A program made the translations under genes and the position numbers. A model generated the notes under the pieces. It made no database searches, was not told the origin of the DNA, and was given only the letters and a program-made list of their open reading frames with translations. Shown piece after piece: positions 1 to 9,479 of a stretch of 32,000 nucleotides of DNA (the first letter of the stretch is position 1; every line of letters begins with the position of its first letter). Source of the stretch: an uncultured bacterium (GTDB lineage: Bacteria > GCA-001730085); NCBI GenBank assembly GCA_964565945.1, contig CAZMGY010000025.1:1-32000 (forward strand), in the 5' to 3' direction.

Positions 1-93
1 TTGGGATGGCACAGCAAGACCCTGGGCTAATTCAAATGAAAATGTTGTGAACAAAAACATTTGGATAATCAGAATAACCACTATTTGCTTCAC
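1..93 (-). CDS. 5' end of a gene running off the left edge; signal-peptide-like N-terminus (partial)
   Basis: GTG at 93 is preceded by a GAAAGGGTGG Shine-Dalgarno-like stretch. The frame is open to position 1 and reads VKQIVVILIIQMFLFTTFSFELAQGLAVPSQ (hydrophobic core). It is too short to be in the ORF track. Confidence 0.3.
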   Translation of the reverse strand, partial: MKQIVVILIIQMFLFTTFSFELAQGLAVPSQ

Positions 94-231
94 TAAAGCC
101 ACCCTTTCTTTTTTCGAAAACAGGAAGAGCCCTCTTAAAAAGAAGATCCAAAATGTATCATATCATATGGTCAATATTTTATCAACTCTTTTTTAAATTA
201 TTTAAGAATATACCTCTTCAAACAAGTTGAC

Positions 232-822
232 TCAAATGAGATTATGGTGCAAAACTAACTTTAAAGTCAATAAAATACTTTTCACACATCGTCTTATTTT
301 ATCAAAATAATCCATAGGTAATCTATTTTCATCATATTTAATCAAGCTTAATCCATTCCAATTTTGCCACAACTGTCTAAAATCACTCGAACGAACATAA
401 TCATTGTGAGGTGCCGTTAAAACCTGTAACCACACATCCTTAAGAATAACCTTATCCGAAAAAACACAAAACAATTCAGACACCCCTTGTCCTAAAGATA
501 AACGACTTCCTAAAACATAGCCTCTAATCATTTCTTGATCATCCCAAACACGATAAATCAGCAGAGGACGCATCGGTGGATCCTCTTGGACATTTCCAAC
601 TTGATCATGAACATAATGATAAGCTAATTCACCAAGATCCCTCTGCCATCTAAGCACTTTAACGTCCCACGTCGTCGCATGAGGCCAATAGTGCCGAATC
701 AACTCGTCGGGTTGTTGCAACTTGACAGGTTTGTCCCATAGGGCACTCAAAGGAGCTGGTAATAAAATTCCCCCTATCAGAACTCCCAGGAACCCCTGCT
801 TCCATTTTTTTTTAAACATCAT
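232..822 (-). CDS. Secreted hypothetical protein, possibly a degenerate FMN-binding-domain-like fold
   Basis: ORF 232..840 in the track starts at TTG. An internal ATGATG at 822/819 gives MMFKKKWKQGFLGVLIGGILLPAPLSALW, a typical signal peptide. It overlaps the rluD stop by 11 nt. No family motif was firmly recognised. Confidence 0.55.
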   Translation of the reverse strand: MMFKKKWKQGFLGVLIGGILLPAPLSALWDKPVKLQQPDELIRHYWPHATTWDVKVLRWQRDLGELAYHYVHDQVGNVQEDPPMRPLLIYRVWDDQEMIRGYVLGSRLSLGQGVSELFCVFSDKVILKDVWLQVLTAPHNDYVRSSDFRQLWQNWNGLSLIKYDENRLPMDYFDKIRRCVKSILLTLKLVLHHNLI

Positions 823-1759
823 CCGCGCGCACCTGATCAAGCACTGTTTGTATATCTTGAGGTAAGTCGCTCAAAAAAGTCATGAGAGTTTTACTTTGAG
901 GATGAATAAAAGCCAGCTCATGTGCATGTAAAGCTTGTCGGTTCAATTGAACCACCCTCTCTTTAATCCTTATAGCTTTTTTTCGGCTATAAACGGGATC
1001 TCCCAAAACAGGGTAACCCAAATGTTTCAAATGAACACGAATCTGATGAGTTCGACCTGTCGAAAGAATGGCCTGCAAAAGTGTAAAATGACAAAAGCGT
1101 TCTTGAATCACAAAACGGCTTATAGCTTCTTTACCACCTTGCTCAACAACCGTCATGAGTTTGCGATTGTTACGACTACGCCCCATTTGGTTACGCATCT
1201 CTAAATCTTCTTTGGGAAACATACCGCAGACAAGCGTCAGATATTTACGAGACAGGCTTCGAGACACAAGCTGATCGGCCAAAAAACGATGTGCAATATC
1301 ATGCTTGGCCACAATTATAAGACCACTTGTTTCCTTATCAAGCCTATGCACAATACCAGGACGCAATACACCATTAAGGCCCGACAAATTACGACAATGA
1401 TGCAACAGGGCGTGCACAAGCGTCCCACTATAGTGCCCACACGCAGGATGAACAACCATCCCTGCAGCTTTATTAATCACACACACGTCATCATCTTCAT
1501 AAACAATATCTAAAGGAATCTTTTCGGCTTGTAGTGTATACGCAATAGGTTCTGGAACATCTACAACAACCTTGTCCTCTGGGACCACAGAGTAATGAGC
1601 CTTCTTTAAGGCTCCGTTAACGCGCACATGTCCAGCCTGAATCAACTTTTGAACATAACTCCGAGACAAATCCATAGGCATATGCTCGGTGATAAATTTA
1701 TCTAAACGTTCCGAAACACCCTCTGTGTCTGAAACCATAACCGTGTAAACATCAGCCAT
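812..1759 (-). CDS. rluD: RluA-family 23S rRNA pseudouridine synthase (RluD-like) with an N-terminal S4 domain
   Basis: It carries the HRLDKETSGL catalytic motif, the GRTHQIRVH motif and an S4-like N-terminus (LSRSYVQKLIQAGHVRVNG). It has an ATG start, and its start overlaps the lgt stop. Confidence 0.9.
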   Translation of the reverse strand: MADVYTVMVSDTEGVSERLDKFITEHMPMDLSRSYVQKLIQAGHVRVNGALKKAHYSVVPEDKVVVDVPEPIAYTLQAEKIPLDIVYEDDDVCVINKAAGMVVHPACGHYSGTLVHALLHHCRNLSGLNGVLRPGIVHRLDKETSGLIIVAKHDIAHRFLADQLVSRSLSRKYLTLVCGMFPKEDLEMRNQMGRSRNNRKLMTVVEQGGKEAISRFVIQERFCHFTLLQAILSTGRTHQIRVHLKHLGYPVLGDPVYSRKKAIRIKERVVQLNRQALHAHELAFIHPQSKTLMTFLSDLPQDIQTVLDQVRADDV

Positions 1760-2471
1760 CTTGACACCCCTCCCGCTTTAGGAGAACAAGCCACAAGATA
1801 CACGCCACCGCAAAACACGCAACACTCGCCCATTGAGAAACACGCAGTCCATTCCAAACTCCCACATGATCACCCCTAAAAGACTCCAACACCCAACGTC
1901 CAATTGCATACATAGCCAAATAAAGGCTTAACAGCACCCCCTGTGGCTTGAGACGTTGAGAACGCAAGACAAATAACAAACCCGCCAGAACAATATTAAA
2001 AGCACTTTCATATAACTGAACAGGATATTGTCCTCCAGAATAGGCAACCCCGTAACAGCATCCATTCAAATAACATCCTAAGCGTCCCATAGCATGGGCA
2101 ATCGGAAAAAAAGGAATACTAAAATCAGCAAATTTGGGCCAGTCGTAACCTTTACGGATCACCAAAACAAACGCCAACACAAACGCAGCCATTAATCCTC
2201 CATAAAAAACTAAACCGCCCTGATGAATGTAGAGTATTTCAACCAAGTGCTGACGAAAATACGGCCATTCTTGAATCACGTAAAAAAGACGCGCGCCAAC
2301 AAGACCTGCAATCAAAACATAAAAACTAAAATCACCAATAAAGTCTGGTGAAAATCCGTAACGAGCGGACTGACGTCGTGCCAAAAAAACAACTGTTAAA
2401 AAAGCCAACGCGATCATAATCCCATAGCTATGAATAACTATTGGACCTTTTTGGAATAGAACAGGAAACAT
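1752..2471 (-). CDS. lgt: Prolipoprotein diacylglyceryl transferase
   Basis: This is a polytopic membrane protein. The N-terminus MFPVLFQKGPIVIHSYGIMIALAFL matches the Lgt consensus start, and a GRLGCYLNGCCYG motif is present. The track start (2498) is TTG; I prefer the ATG at 2471. Confidence 0.88.
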   Translation of the reverse strand: MFPVLFQKGPIVIHSYGIMIALAFLTVVFLARRQSARYGFSPDFIGDFSFYVLIAGLVGARLFYVIQEWPYFRQHLVEILYIHQGGLVFYGGLMAAFVLAFVLVIRKGYDWPKFADFSIPFFPIAHAMGRLGCYLNGCCYGVAYSGGQYPVQLYESAFNIVLAGLLFVLRSQRLKPQGVLLSLYLAMYAIGRWVLESFRGDHVGVWNGLRVSQWASVACFAVACILWLVLLKREGCQDG

Positions 2472-2881
2472 AACACCAACAACCCCATACCTATACAAAT
2501 AGCCGTATCGGCGATATTAAATACAGGCCATATACGAAAATCTAAAAAATCAATCACAGCACGAATTCGCAAACGATCGATAAGGTTTCCAATTGCGCCA
2601 CCACCAATTAAAGCATACGCCCATAAGGACAAGGGCCCCTCTTCGATGATAGCCTTTTGATAGAACACAAGCCCTGCAACTACAGCGACAGAAGTCAAAA
2701 CAAACAGCCACTGTTGATTTTGGAGCAATCCAAAAGCCGCTCCTTTATTATAAACCAATACCAAATGAAACACGGAATCAATCACAGGAACAGTATCTGC
2801 CAAATAGGCAACAGCCAACCACTTCGTCATCTGGTCAACAATAACAAGGCTAACCACAATACTCCAGAAATACACAATCAT
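2438..2881 (-). CDS. lspA: Lipoprotein signal peptidase II
   Basis: The 147-aa protein has four TM segments plus NKGAAFG and IDFLDF..WPVFNIAD motifs. Its ATG overlaps the upstream stop (ATGA). Confidence 0.9.
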   Translation of the reverse strand: MIVYFWSIVVSLVIVDQMTKWLAVAYLADTVPVIDSVFHLVLVYNKGAAFGLLQNQQWLFVLTSVAVVAGLVFYQKAIIEEGPLSLWAYALIGGGAIGNLIDRLRIRAVIDFLDFRIWPVFNIADTAICIGMGLLVLCFLFYSKKVQ

Positions 2882-3246
2882 AATTGTTCTTCGCGCTTCT
2901 CCTGACAGGGAACATAATTGGCCACATAGGGAATAGCTAACAAACGTTGCGTATGAATTTTCTCCTCACAACTCAAATAAACGCCATATTGCCCTTCCTC
3001 TATTCGTGCCAAAGCATCCTCAACCAGGGTTAACAAATCACTTTCATTCGAAGCTAAATTAAGTTGTAAATCATGATCAAAAATATCAGTTCCCAAATCT
3101 CCAATATGGCTGGGTGTCGACTGTATTGCACCACTACCTTTTTGAACATCCAAGCCAAATACACCTTCACCAAACAATTTGGACTTCACTGTTTCCCTCA
3201 TAGTTAATAACTTCTCTTGAGAGACCTGCAAATCTTTCTTTTTCAC
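2878..3246 (-). CDS. DksA/TraR-family protein with a half-degenerate zinc finger
   Basis: IGDLGTDIFDHDLQLNLASNESDLLTLVEDALARIEEGQYG resembles the DksA coiled-coil tip. In the C-terminal finger only 2 of the 4 canonical Cys are present. The GTG start overlaps the ileS stop (GTGA). Confidence 0.7.
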   Translation of the reverse strand: MKKKDLQVSQEKLLTMRETVKSKLFGEGVFGLDVQKGSGAIQSTPSHIGDLGTDIFDHDLQLNLASNESDLLTLVEDALARIEEGQYGVYLSCEEKIHTQRLLAIPYVANYVPCQEKREEQL

Positions 3247-6044
3247 AGATACTTCCCTTTCACATTAATCGAAAGCAATGAACTCACGGCATCATAACAT
3301 TTATGACACAGCTCTTTATGTTCAGAATGAGATCCAACCGTTTCACTGTAGATCCAACAACGCACGCACTTAGGCCAATCTAATTTTCTAACTTGAATCT
3401 TTAAGGCATCTCCCTTACGAATCTTGACGTTTGAAACAATGAAAATCATTGCCAAATCTTGCTCGCACTTAGACAATAGATCGTAGATGGCCTCAGGAAG
3501 TTCAAGCTCAACGGCAACTTCTAAAGAACTACCAATCTCTTTAGAACTTCTCAAAGGCTCAATCACCTTAAGAACTTCATCGCGAACAAGAGCAATATCG
3601 GCCCACTTCTGATTCAATTCTTTATCGTATAAAGAAAGATCAACCTCAGGCCAAGAAGCCTCATGAACCGATTCTGTTGTTTTCAAAGCCTGAGGTAAAT
3701 GCGACCACAATTCCTCACTGGTAAAAACTAAAACGGGTGCCAACAAACGCGTCAAAGCATCTAAAATATCAATCATCACCGTTTGGGCAGACAAACGCTC
3801 TTTCGATTTGGGTGCAGCCGTGTAAAGGCGGTCCTTAAGAATGTCCAGATAAAAAGCGCTCATATCCGAGATGCAAAACTGATAGAGCTCTTTATAAAAT
3901 TTATAAAATAAATGTTGTTCGTAATATTGACTGGCTTCCTGGATCAATTTTTGCAAACGTGATAAGGCCCAACGATCAATTGGCGTCAACTCACTGTAAG
4001 CTAAACGGTCGTTGTCCACATCAAAATCAAAGGTGTTACCCAATAAAAAGCGACACGTATTTCTTATTTTTCGGTAGACATCCACTTTTTGTTTCATAAT
4101 GTCATCCGACATGCGAATATCATCCGAATAATCGGAAGATGCAACAAATAAACGAACCAAATCGGCGCCATATTGGTCAATGATTTTCTGAGGCGCAATT
4201 ACATTCCCTACCGATTTAGACATTTTGTGCCCAGCGCCATCCACTACAAAGCCATGCGTTAATACCGTTTCAAAAGGCTCTTGCTCCAAACCTGCCATCG
4301 ATAAAAATAGCGAACTTTGAAACCACCCACGATGTTGGTCACTTCCTTCCAAATAAAGCTGCGCTGGAAACGCTAAACCTTCGGTCTGCTTCAAAACAGC
4401 ATAATGGCTTGCTCCAGAATCAAACCACACATCTAAAATGTCAGTCTCTTTTTCATACGATGTCCCTCCGCACAAAGGACATTCTTTTAAAGAACATAGT
4501 TCTTCTGAAGGTTCGGAATACCAAACATCACACCCATCTTTACGCACACGATCCGCTACCTCGCGAATCAAATCCGCTTGCAAAATAGGCGTACGACACG
4601 AATCACAATAAAACACAGGAATCGGAACACCCCAAGATCTCTGACGAGAAATACACCAATCGGGTCGATTTTTCACCATCTCGGACAAACGTGTTTGTCC
4701 CCACTCGGGCAACCATTGAACCCGTTCGATTGATTCCAAAACGCGTTCGCGCAAGCCTTGGTGATCCACATTAATAAACCATTGCTCAGTCGCACGAAAA
4801 ATAACCGCTTTGCGGCAACGCCAACAATGAGGGTAAGAGTGCTGAATATCCTCTTGATGATGCAGCACATCTAAGGATTTTAGTTTTTCGATAATAGGAG
4901 CATTGGCCGTAAAAACTTTTTGACCCGCAAATTCGGGCACCAAATCTGTAAACTCTGCACGAGCATTCACTGGTATAAACACACCTATCCCATACTCTTG
5001 GCCCACGCGAAAATCATCTTCACCATGACCTGGAGCAATATGAACACAACCTGTTCCATCTTCGACCGTTACAAAGTCGGCCAAAATCACCTGACGCTTT
5101 CCATTAAGCCCCTCTACCTGCCCCATAAAGGGATGTGCATAGGTTAGCCCCTCCAAATCACTTCCTTGAACCGTCCCCAAGACCTTATATTGATCAACAC
5201 CAGCCTTAGACATAATCGACTCGACCAGATTATGCGCCATCAGAACGGCCTCTCCCTCCAATTGAACACAGGCATATTTTAAATCGGGATGAACAGCCAC
5301 AGCCATATTAGAAGGTAATGTCCAAGGTGTTGTTGTCCAGATCATAAGAGCGAGAGATCCTTCATAATCGATTTTCAAAGAGGTGTCTCCATTAGCATGA
5401 CAAGCCAATTTTACATAAACAGACGGCGATGTATGATCACCATACTCAATTTCAGCTTCAGCCAAAGCCGTTTCGCAGTGCCCACACCAATAAATAGGTT
5501 TAAACCCCCGCTCGATATAGTTTTTATCCACCAAATTAGCGAAGACCTCTAAAATACCTGCCTCATATTCGTAATTCATCGTTAAATAAGGATGATCCCA
5601 ATGGCCCCAAATGCCCAAACGTTGAAACTCTTCACTTTGCAACTGTACAAATTCTTGGGCATAATCACGACACAGCTGACGCACTTCTAAAGGTCTTTTA
5701 TGCTCTTTCTTTTTCTTCAAACGACTCATCACTTGATGTTCAATGGGAAGACCATGACAATCCCAGCCAGGAACATAAGAAACGTAAGAACCTTTCATTA
5801 AGCGATACCGCACCACAATATCTTTCAAAATTTTGTTGAGCGCGTGCCCCATATGAATATGTCCATTCGCATAAGGAGGCCCATCATGCAAGGTGTACGA
5901 AACAGACTCATGTCTTTGGGCAAGCAATGTTTCATAAAGCTTAGACTGAGACCATTGCTCAGCCATCTTGGGCTCTTTTTGCGACAAGTTGGCCTTCATA
6001 GAAAATGAAGTTTGGGGTAAGTTAAGCGTTTCTTTGTAATTCAT
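3243..6044 (-). CDS. ileS: Isoleucyl-tRNA synthetase
   Basis: The 933-aa protein has the HIGH-type motif (NGHIHMGHALNK), KMSKS (GHKMSKSVGN) and a C-terminal Cys cluster (CVRCW...LCHKC). Confidence 0.97.
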   Translation of the reverse strand: MNYKETLNLPQTSFSMKANLSQKEPKMAEQWSQSKLYETLLAQRHESVSYTLHDGPPYANGHIHMGHALNKILKDIVVRYRLMKGSYVSYVPGWDCHGLPIEHQVMSRLKKKKEHKRPLEVRQLCRDYAQEFVQLQSEEFQRLGIWGHWDHPYLTMNYEYEAGILEVFANLVDKNYIERGFKPIYWCGHCETALAEAEIEYGDHTSPSVYVKLACHANGDTSLKIDYEGSLALMIWTTTPWTLPSNMAVAVHPDLKYACVQLEGEAVLMAHNLVESIMSKAGVDQYKVLGTVQGSDLEGLTYAHPFMGQVEGLNGKRQVILADFVTVEDGTGCVHIAPGHGEDDFRVGQEYGIGVFIPVNARAEFTDLVPEFAGQKVFTANAPIIEKLKSLDVLHHQEDIQHSYPHCWRCRKAVIFRATEQWFINVDHQGLRERVLESIERVQWLPEWGQTRLSEMVKNRPDWCISRQRSWGVPIPVFYCDSCRTPILQADLIREVADRVRKDGCDVWYSEPSEELCSLKECPLCGGTSYEKETDILDVWFDSGASHYAVLKQTEGLAFPAQLYLEGSDQHRGWFQSSLFLSMAGLEQEPFETVLTHGFVVDGAGHKMSKSVGNVIAPQKIIDQYGADLVRLFVASSDYSDDIRMSDDIMKQKVDVYRKIRNTCRFLLGNTFDFDVDNDRLAYSELTPIDRWALSRLQKLIQEASQYYEQHLFYKFYKELYQFCISDMSAFYLDILKDRLYTAAPKSKERLSAQTVMIDILDALTRLLAPVLVFTSEELWSHLPQALKTTESVHEASWPEVDLSLYDKELNQKWADIALVRDEVLKVIEPLRSSKEIGSSLEVAVELELPEAIYDLLSKCEQDLAMIFIVSNVKIRKGDALKIQVRKLDWPKCVRCWIYSETVGSHSEHKELCHKCYDAVSSLLSINVKGKYL

Positions 6045-6054
6045 AATCTAACCT

Positions 6055-6879
6055 TTATGCAGTCCATCTTTTCAAAAAAGACGTCACCAGACGACTCATT
6101 TTAGGCTCAGCCTCTTGGGCCACAGCAATAATTTCTTCAACATTTGCAGGCATCAAAGCATCTGGTAAACACATATCTGTCACACACGATATTCCTAATA
6201 CCTTCAAACCTGCATGCACCGCAACAATCACTTCGGGGACGGTCGACATTCCAATAACGTCAGCCCCCATCGCCCGCATGAATCGATACTCAGCTGCCGT
6301 TTCCAAACAAGGTCCCGTGACCCCAATATAGACCCCTCGATGAGCTTCTAAACCTTCGGTCAATGCAACCTCACAGGCCAGATCTTGACAATTCTTTGTG
6401 TAAGAGTCGGACATATCGGGAAAGCGTGGGCCTAAACGATCATCATTAGAACCCACTAAAGGGTTCACACCCATAAAATTAATATGGTCACTTATTATAA
6501 CCAAATCGCCTGTCTTGTAAAGCGGATTCAAGCCTCCCGCGGCATTCGAAACAACTAATAAATCCACGCCTAAAGCTTTCATAACACGCACAGGAAACGT
6601 AATTTGATCCAATCTATACCCTTCATAAAAGTGAAACCGGCCTTGCATCGCAACAATAGGGCAACCAGCGAGGTACCCCGCTAAAAAGTCACCTTCGTGC
6701 GACTCTACAGTGGATTGAGCAAAGTGAGGAATATCTTTATAGGCAACGCAAGCTGTTTGCTCCATTGTTTGAGCTAAATCTCCCAAACCTGTCCCTAAAA
6801 TAAGTCCCACCTTAGGAGTTACATTGATTTGAGGCTGCAAAAACTCAACCGCCTGATTGATATACTTCATTAATTCCAT
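6055..6879 (-). CDS. punA: Purine nucleoside phosphorylase (trimeric PNP/MTAP family)
   Basis: Motifs seen: LILGTGLG, RFHFYEGY, SNAAGGLNP, GPRFPDMS, GPCLETAAEYR and GADVIGMSTVPE. Confidence 0.85.
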   Translation of the reverse strand: MELMKYINQAVEFLQPQINVTPKVGLILGTGLGDLAQTMEQTACVAYKDIPHFAQSTVESHEGDFLAGYLAGCPIVAMQGRFHFYEGYRLDQITFPVRVMKALGVDLLVVSNAAGGLNPLYKTGDLVIISDHINFMGVNPLVGSNDDRLGPRFPDMSDSYTKNCQDLACEVALTEGLEAHRGVYIGVTGPCLETAAEYRFMRAMGADVIGMSTVPEVIVAVHAGLKVLGISCVTDMCLPDALMPANVEEIIAVAQEAEPKMSRLVTSFLKRWTA

Positions 6880-6897
6880 GATCGTTATCTCTTATCC

Positions 6898-7233
6898 TTA
6901 ACTTAAACTATGATCTTTGCCAATACTGCATTGAGGATCTTCCCCAGCAGGTCCAATCGTGTAGCTACCTCCAGCGAGACAGGACCCCAAAGAAGAATCC
7001 TGAGGAATGTGACCCTTAATCATGCTCCAAGAACAAATCGCGCCCTTCGGTTTTTCAGGCTCTTTAGCCCAGTGTTTTTTTGCCTCTCGTAAAATAGATA
7101 AATTATGCACACAAAAATGAGTTTCTGATTTCCGCTTAACATTCACGAAATTAGGAACAGCGATCGCGGCAAGCAACGCTAAGACCGCAACGATGATCAT
7201 AATATCCATTAGGCTAAAACCTTGCCGACCCAT
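6898..7233 (-). CDS. Prepilin-type N-terminal cleavage/methylation domain protein (pilin/pseudopilin-like)
   Basis: The N-terminus is MGRQG|FSLMDIMIIVAVLALLAAIAVPNF, a class III signal peptide. The protein is small (111 aa), and no other pilus or T2SS gene is adjacent. Confidence 0.8.
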   Translation of the reverse strand: MGRQGFSLMDIMIIVAVLALLAAIAVPNFVNVKRKSETHFCVHNLSILREAKKHWAKEPEKPKGAICSWSMIKGHIPQDSSLGSCLAGGSYTIGPAGEDPQCSIGKDHSLS

Positions 7234-7306
7234 CTATTCCCCACCTCTTCTCACCAGTAAAAAATCTATTGTATCATCCCCTTCCCTAGAAGAAAAAGCC
7301 GAACCA

Positions 7307-8305
7307 TCAGACCCAATTCAAAAGAGGTAAACAAGGAAGAGCATCTAAATTCAAAGTATCAGTATGGCCTGCTTTCCATTTTTGGTAGGCAAGGCCGCCA
7401 ATCATAGCCGCATTATCAGCCGAAAGCCCCCTGCCTGGAAATGTCACTTGAATTCCAGCGGCCTCGCTTTGTTCGAGCATCACCTCACGTAAACGGCTGT
7501 TCAGGGAGACGCCTCCTCCCACAGCAAGGTGACTCACTCCACATTGTTCAACAGCCAGCAACGATTTTTTGCAGAGCACATCCACTACGGCCTCTTGAAA
7601 CGACGCACATACGTCAGCCACATTTTCATTAGGATGATCCTTTAAATGGTAAAGAACAGCCGTTTTAAGCCCGCTAAAACTAAACGCCAAGGGGTTAGCC
7701 TTCACCTGACCACGAGGAAACTTAATTTTGTCTCGCTCCCCCTCTTTGGCAAGCTTATCAACAATAGGTCCTCCTGGATACCCTAGATCCAACATCTTGG
7801 CCACTTTGTCAAACGCTTCTCCTGCAGCATCATCACAGGTTTGCCCCAAAACACGATATGTTCCCCAAGCCGAAACCCCCGCCAACAATGTGTGCCCTCC
7901 CGAAACGATCAAACCAACACAGGGTAAAGTGGCTTTTTGCCCCATAAAATTAGCGTATATGTGAGCTTCAATATGATTGACACCAATCAAAGGCTTCTTG
8001 TAATGAAACGCTAAACTTTTAGCACAACTCAAGCCCACCATTAAAGCTCCAATCAAGCCTGGACCGTATGTAACAGCAAATGCATCAATATCATCTAACG
8101 AACAAGCGGCAACCTCAATAGCCTGATCAACAAGGGGCAACAAAGCCTCTTCATGTGCCCGACACGCCAACTCGGGCACAACACCACCAAAACGTTTGTG
8201 CAATTCAACTTGGGACGAGATAATATTGCTCAAAATACGATCACCAAACTCAACCACGGATACCGAAGTTTCATCACACGAAGTTTCAATAGCAAGAATT
8301 TTCAT
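7307..8305 (-). CDS. tsaD: tRNA N6-threonylcarbamoyladenosine synthesis protein TsaD (Kae1/Gcp)
   Basis: Motifs seen: ILAIETSCDETSV, GVNHIEAHI and GGVSLNSRLRE. The ATG overlaps the upstream stop (ATGA). Confidence 0.95.
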   Translation of the reverse strand: MKILAIETSCDETSVSVVEFGDRILSNIISSQVELHKRFGGVVPELACRAHEEALLPLVDQAIEVAACSLDDIDAFAVTYGPGLIGALMVGLSCAKSLAFHYKKPLIGVNHIEAHIYANFMGQKATLPCVGLIVSGGHTLLAGVSAWGTYRVLGQTCDDAAGEAFDKVAKMLDLGYPGGPIVDKLAKEGERDKIKFPRGQVKANPLAFSFSGLKTAVLYHLKDHPNENVADVCASFQEAVVDVLCKKSLLAVEQCGVSHLAVGGGVSLNSRLREVMLEQSEAAGIQVTFPGRGLSADNAAMIGGLAYQKWKAGHTDTLNLDALPCLPLLNWV

Positions 8306-8979
8306 CTTATATCCTTATATATGTGTTTCATTAATGGACGAGGATCAATATTCAACGTTCCCATAAGCAATAAAAACGTATTAATCATCCGTTGTTTAGT
8401 GGCACCTACTTTTTGATAGCGTCGCGAACACGCAATCACAAATTTATCTTTAAACACATGCACAGACCCCTGGTTTCTTAAACGTCGATACAAATCCACA
8501 TCTTCAAAAAAAGCCTTTTCGTCAAAACCTCCAAGCGCTTCAAAGTGTTCTCGTAACACAAAAAAACCTTGGTCTCCAAAAGAAAAACGATGAAATTGTG
8601 TCCCCCAAGAATGAATTCTATTCAAAAAAGAGTCTTCATCAAACTTTAGACGAAATCGCCCAGCTATCATCTCTGTTTCTTCGAAGCATCCACGAATGAA
8701 GCACAAAGCCTTCTCTGGCAAAGAAACATCGCAATGCAAAAAAAGAAGAATCTCTCCAAAAGTATGCCTAGCACCAGTGTTCATCTGGCACGCGCGCCCT
8801 TTCTCCGAAGACAAAACTTTAATGGGGAATTTTTGAGCCTTAGCCCAAGTATCATCGACACTTCCACCATCCACAACACAAATTTCATTGGCTCCATAAG
8901 AGAGCAAAGCCTCCAATTTCTGCTCAATGCTCACAGCTTCATTGTAAACAGGCACAATAATCGATACCGTACGACTCAT
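8302..8979 (-). CDS. Family-2 glycosyltransferase-like protein of the type reported with radical SAM/Cys-rich (ArsS-like) genes (transferase 2)
   Basis: Motifs seen: SIIVPVYNEA, EICVVDGGSVDDT, GRACQMNTGA, LLFLHCDVSLP, FGDQGFFV and ACSRRYQKVG. This matches my memory of the TIGR04283-like family. Confidence 0.75.
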   Translation of the reverse strand: MSRTVSIIVPVYNEAVSIEQKLEALLSYGANEICVVDGGSVDDTWAKAQKFPIKVLSSEKGRACQMNTGARHTFGEILLFLHCDVSLPEKALCFIRGCFEETEMIAGRFRLKFDEDSFLNRIHSWGTQFHRFSFGDQGFFVLREHFEALGGFDEKAFFEDVDLYRRLRNQGSVHVFKDKFVIACSRRYQKVGATKQRMINTFLLLMGTLNIDPRPLMKHIYKDIR

Positions 8980-9094
8980 ATTTTTCGATCCTTAACAAAC
9001 CCTATCATTATACATGGATCCAGGCTGTCGACCATCTTGATTAATTCCACCAATTCTGGTAGAGAACATTGACGTAATTCAATGTAAAAATAAT

Positions 9095-9430
9095 AAAATT
9101 GTCTTTGCTCGGCATAATCACAGGAGTTGTGGCAGGTCTTGTAGCAGTCATTCTAACATCCAGTTGTGTAAGCGCTCTTGATGCCGTATGAATAGGCGTT
9201 GGGTCCTGGATCATTTGCTACATCTTCGTAGCCTACATTAAACCTAAATTGGGATACGACGATACCTTAGACGCCTTTGGTTTTCATGAAATCGACGGTG
9301 TACGGGGAGCGCCTTGACCACAGGTCTTTGGACCTCACCAAAGTGAATTTCGACGGAGCCAAGGGCCTTTTATGGCAATCCAGAATTATTTTTGATCCAA
9401 ATCAAAGCCACTTTAAAGCCTAAAGAAGCT
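9095..9430 (+). pseudogene. amt: Ammonium transporter (Amt) fragment with an in-frame stop and frameshifts
   Basis: The + strand reads KLSLLGIITGVVAGLVAVILTSSCVSALDAV*IGVGSWIICYIFVAYIKPKLGYDDTLDAFGFHEIDGVRGA. After frame shifts it continues ALTTGLWTSPK and FYGNPELFLIQIKATL. These match the conserved AGLVaITP and GyDDsLDvfgvHgvgG blocks of Amt. Only about 110 of more than 400 codons remain. Confidence 0.7.
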
Positions 9431-9479
9431 ACTCCCGAGGCAAACACCACTTCCTCCTCCAATCACTATCACATAATAA

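Noticed and set aside
100-231. Small AAGAG-ggc-CTCTT hairpin (about 128-143) as a terminator for the 232..822 gene
   Set aside because: It has only a 5-bp stem and sits about 90 nt from the stop, with an interrupted T-run. That is too weak to call.
4673-4870. Same-strand out-of-frame ORFs nested inside real genes (4673..4870 in ileS, 14863..15075 and 15960..16154 in or around rmuC, 18113..18307, 21553..21747, 30034..30219)
   Set aside because: They are alternative frames of strongly supported genes. No evidence of overlapping coding was seen.
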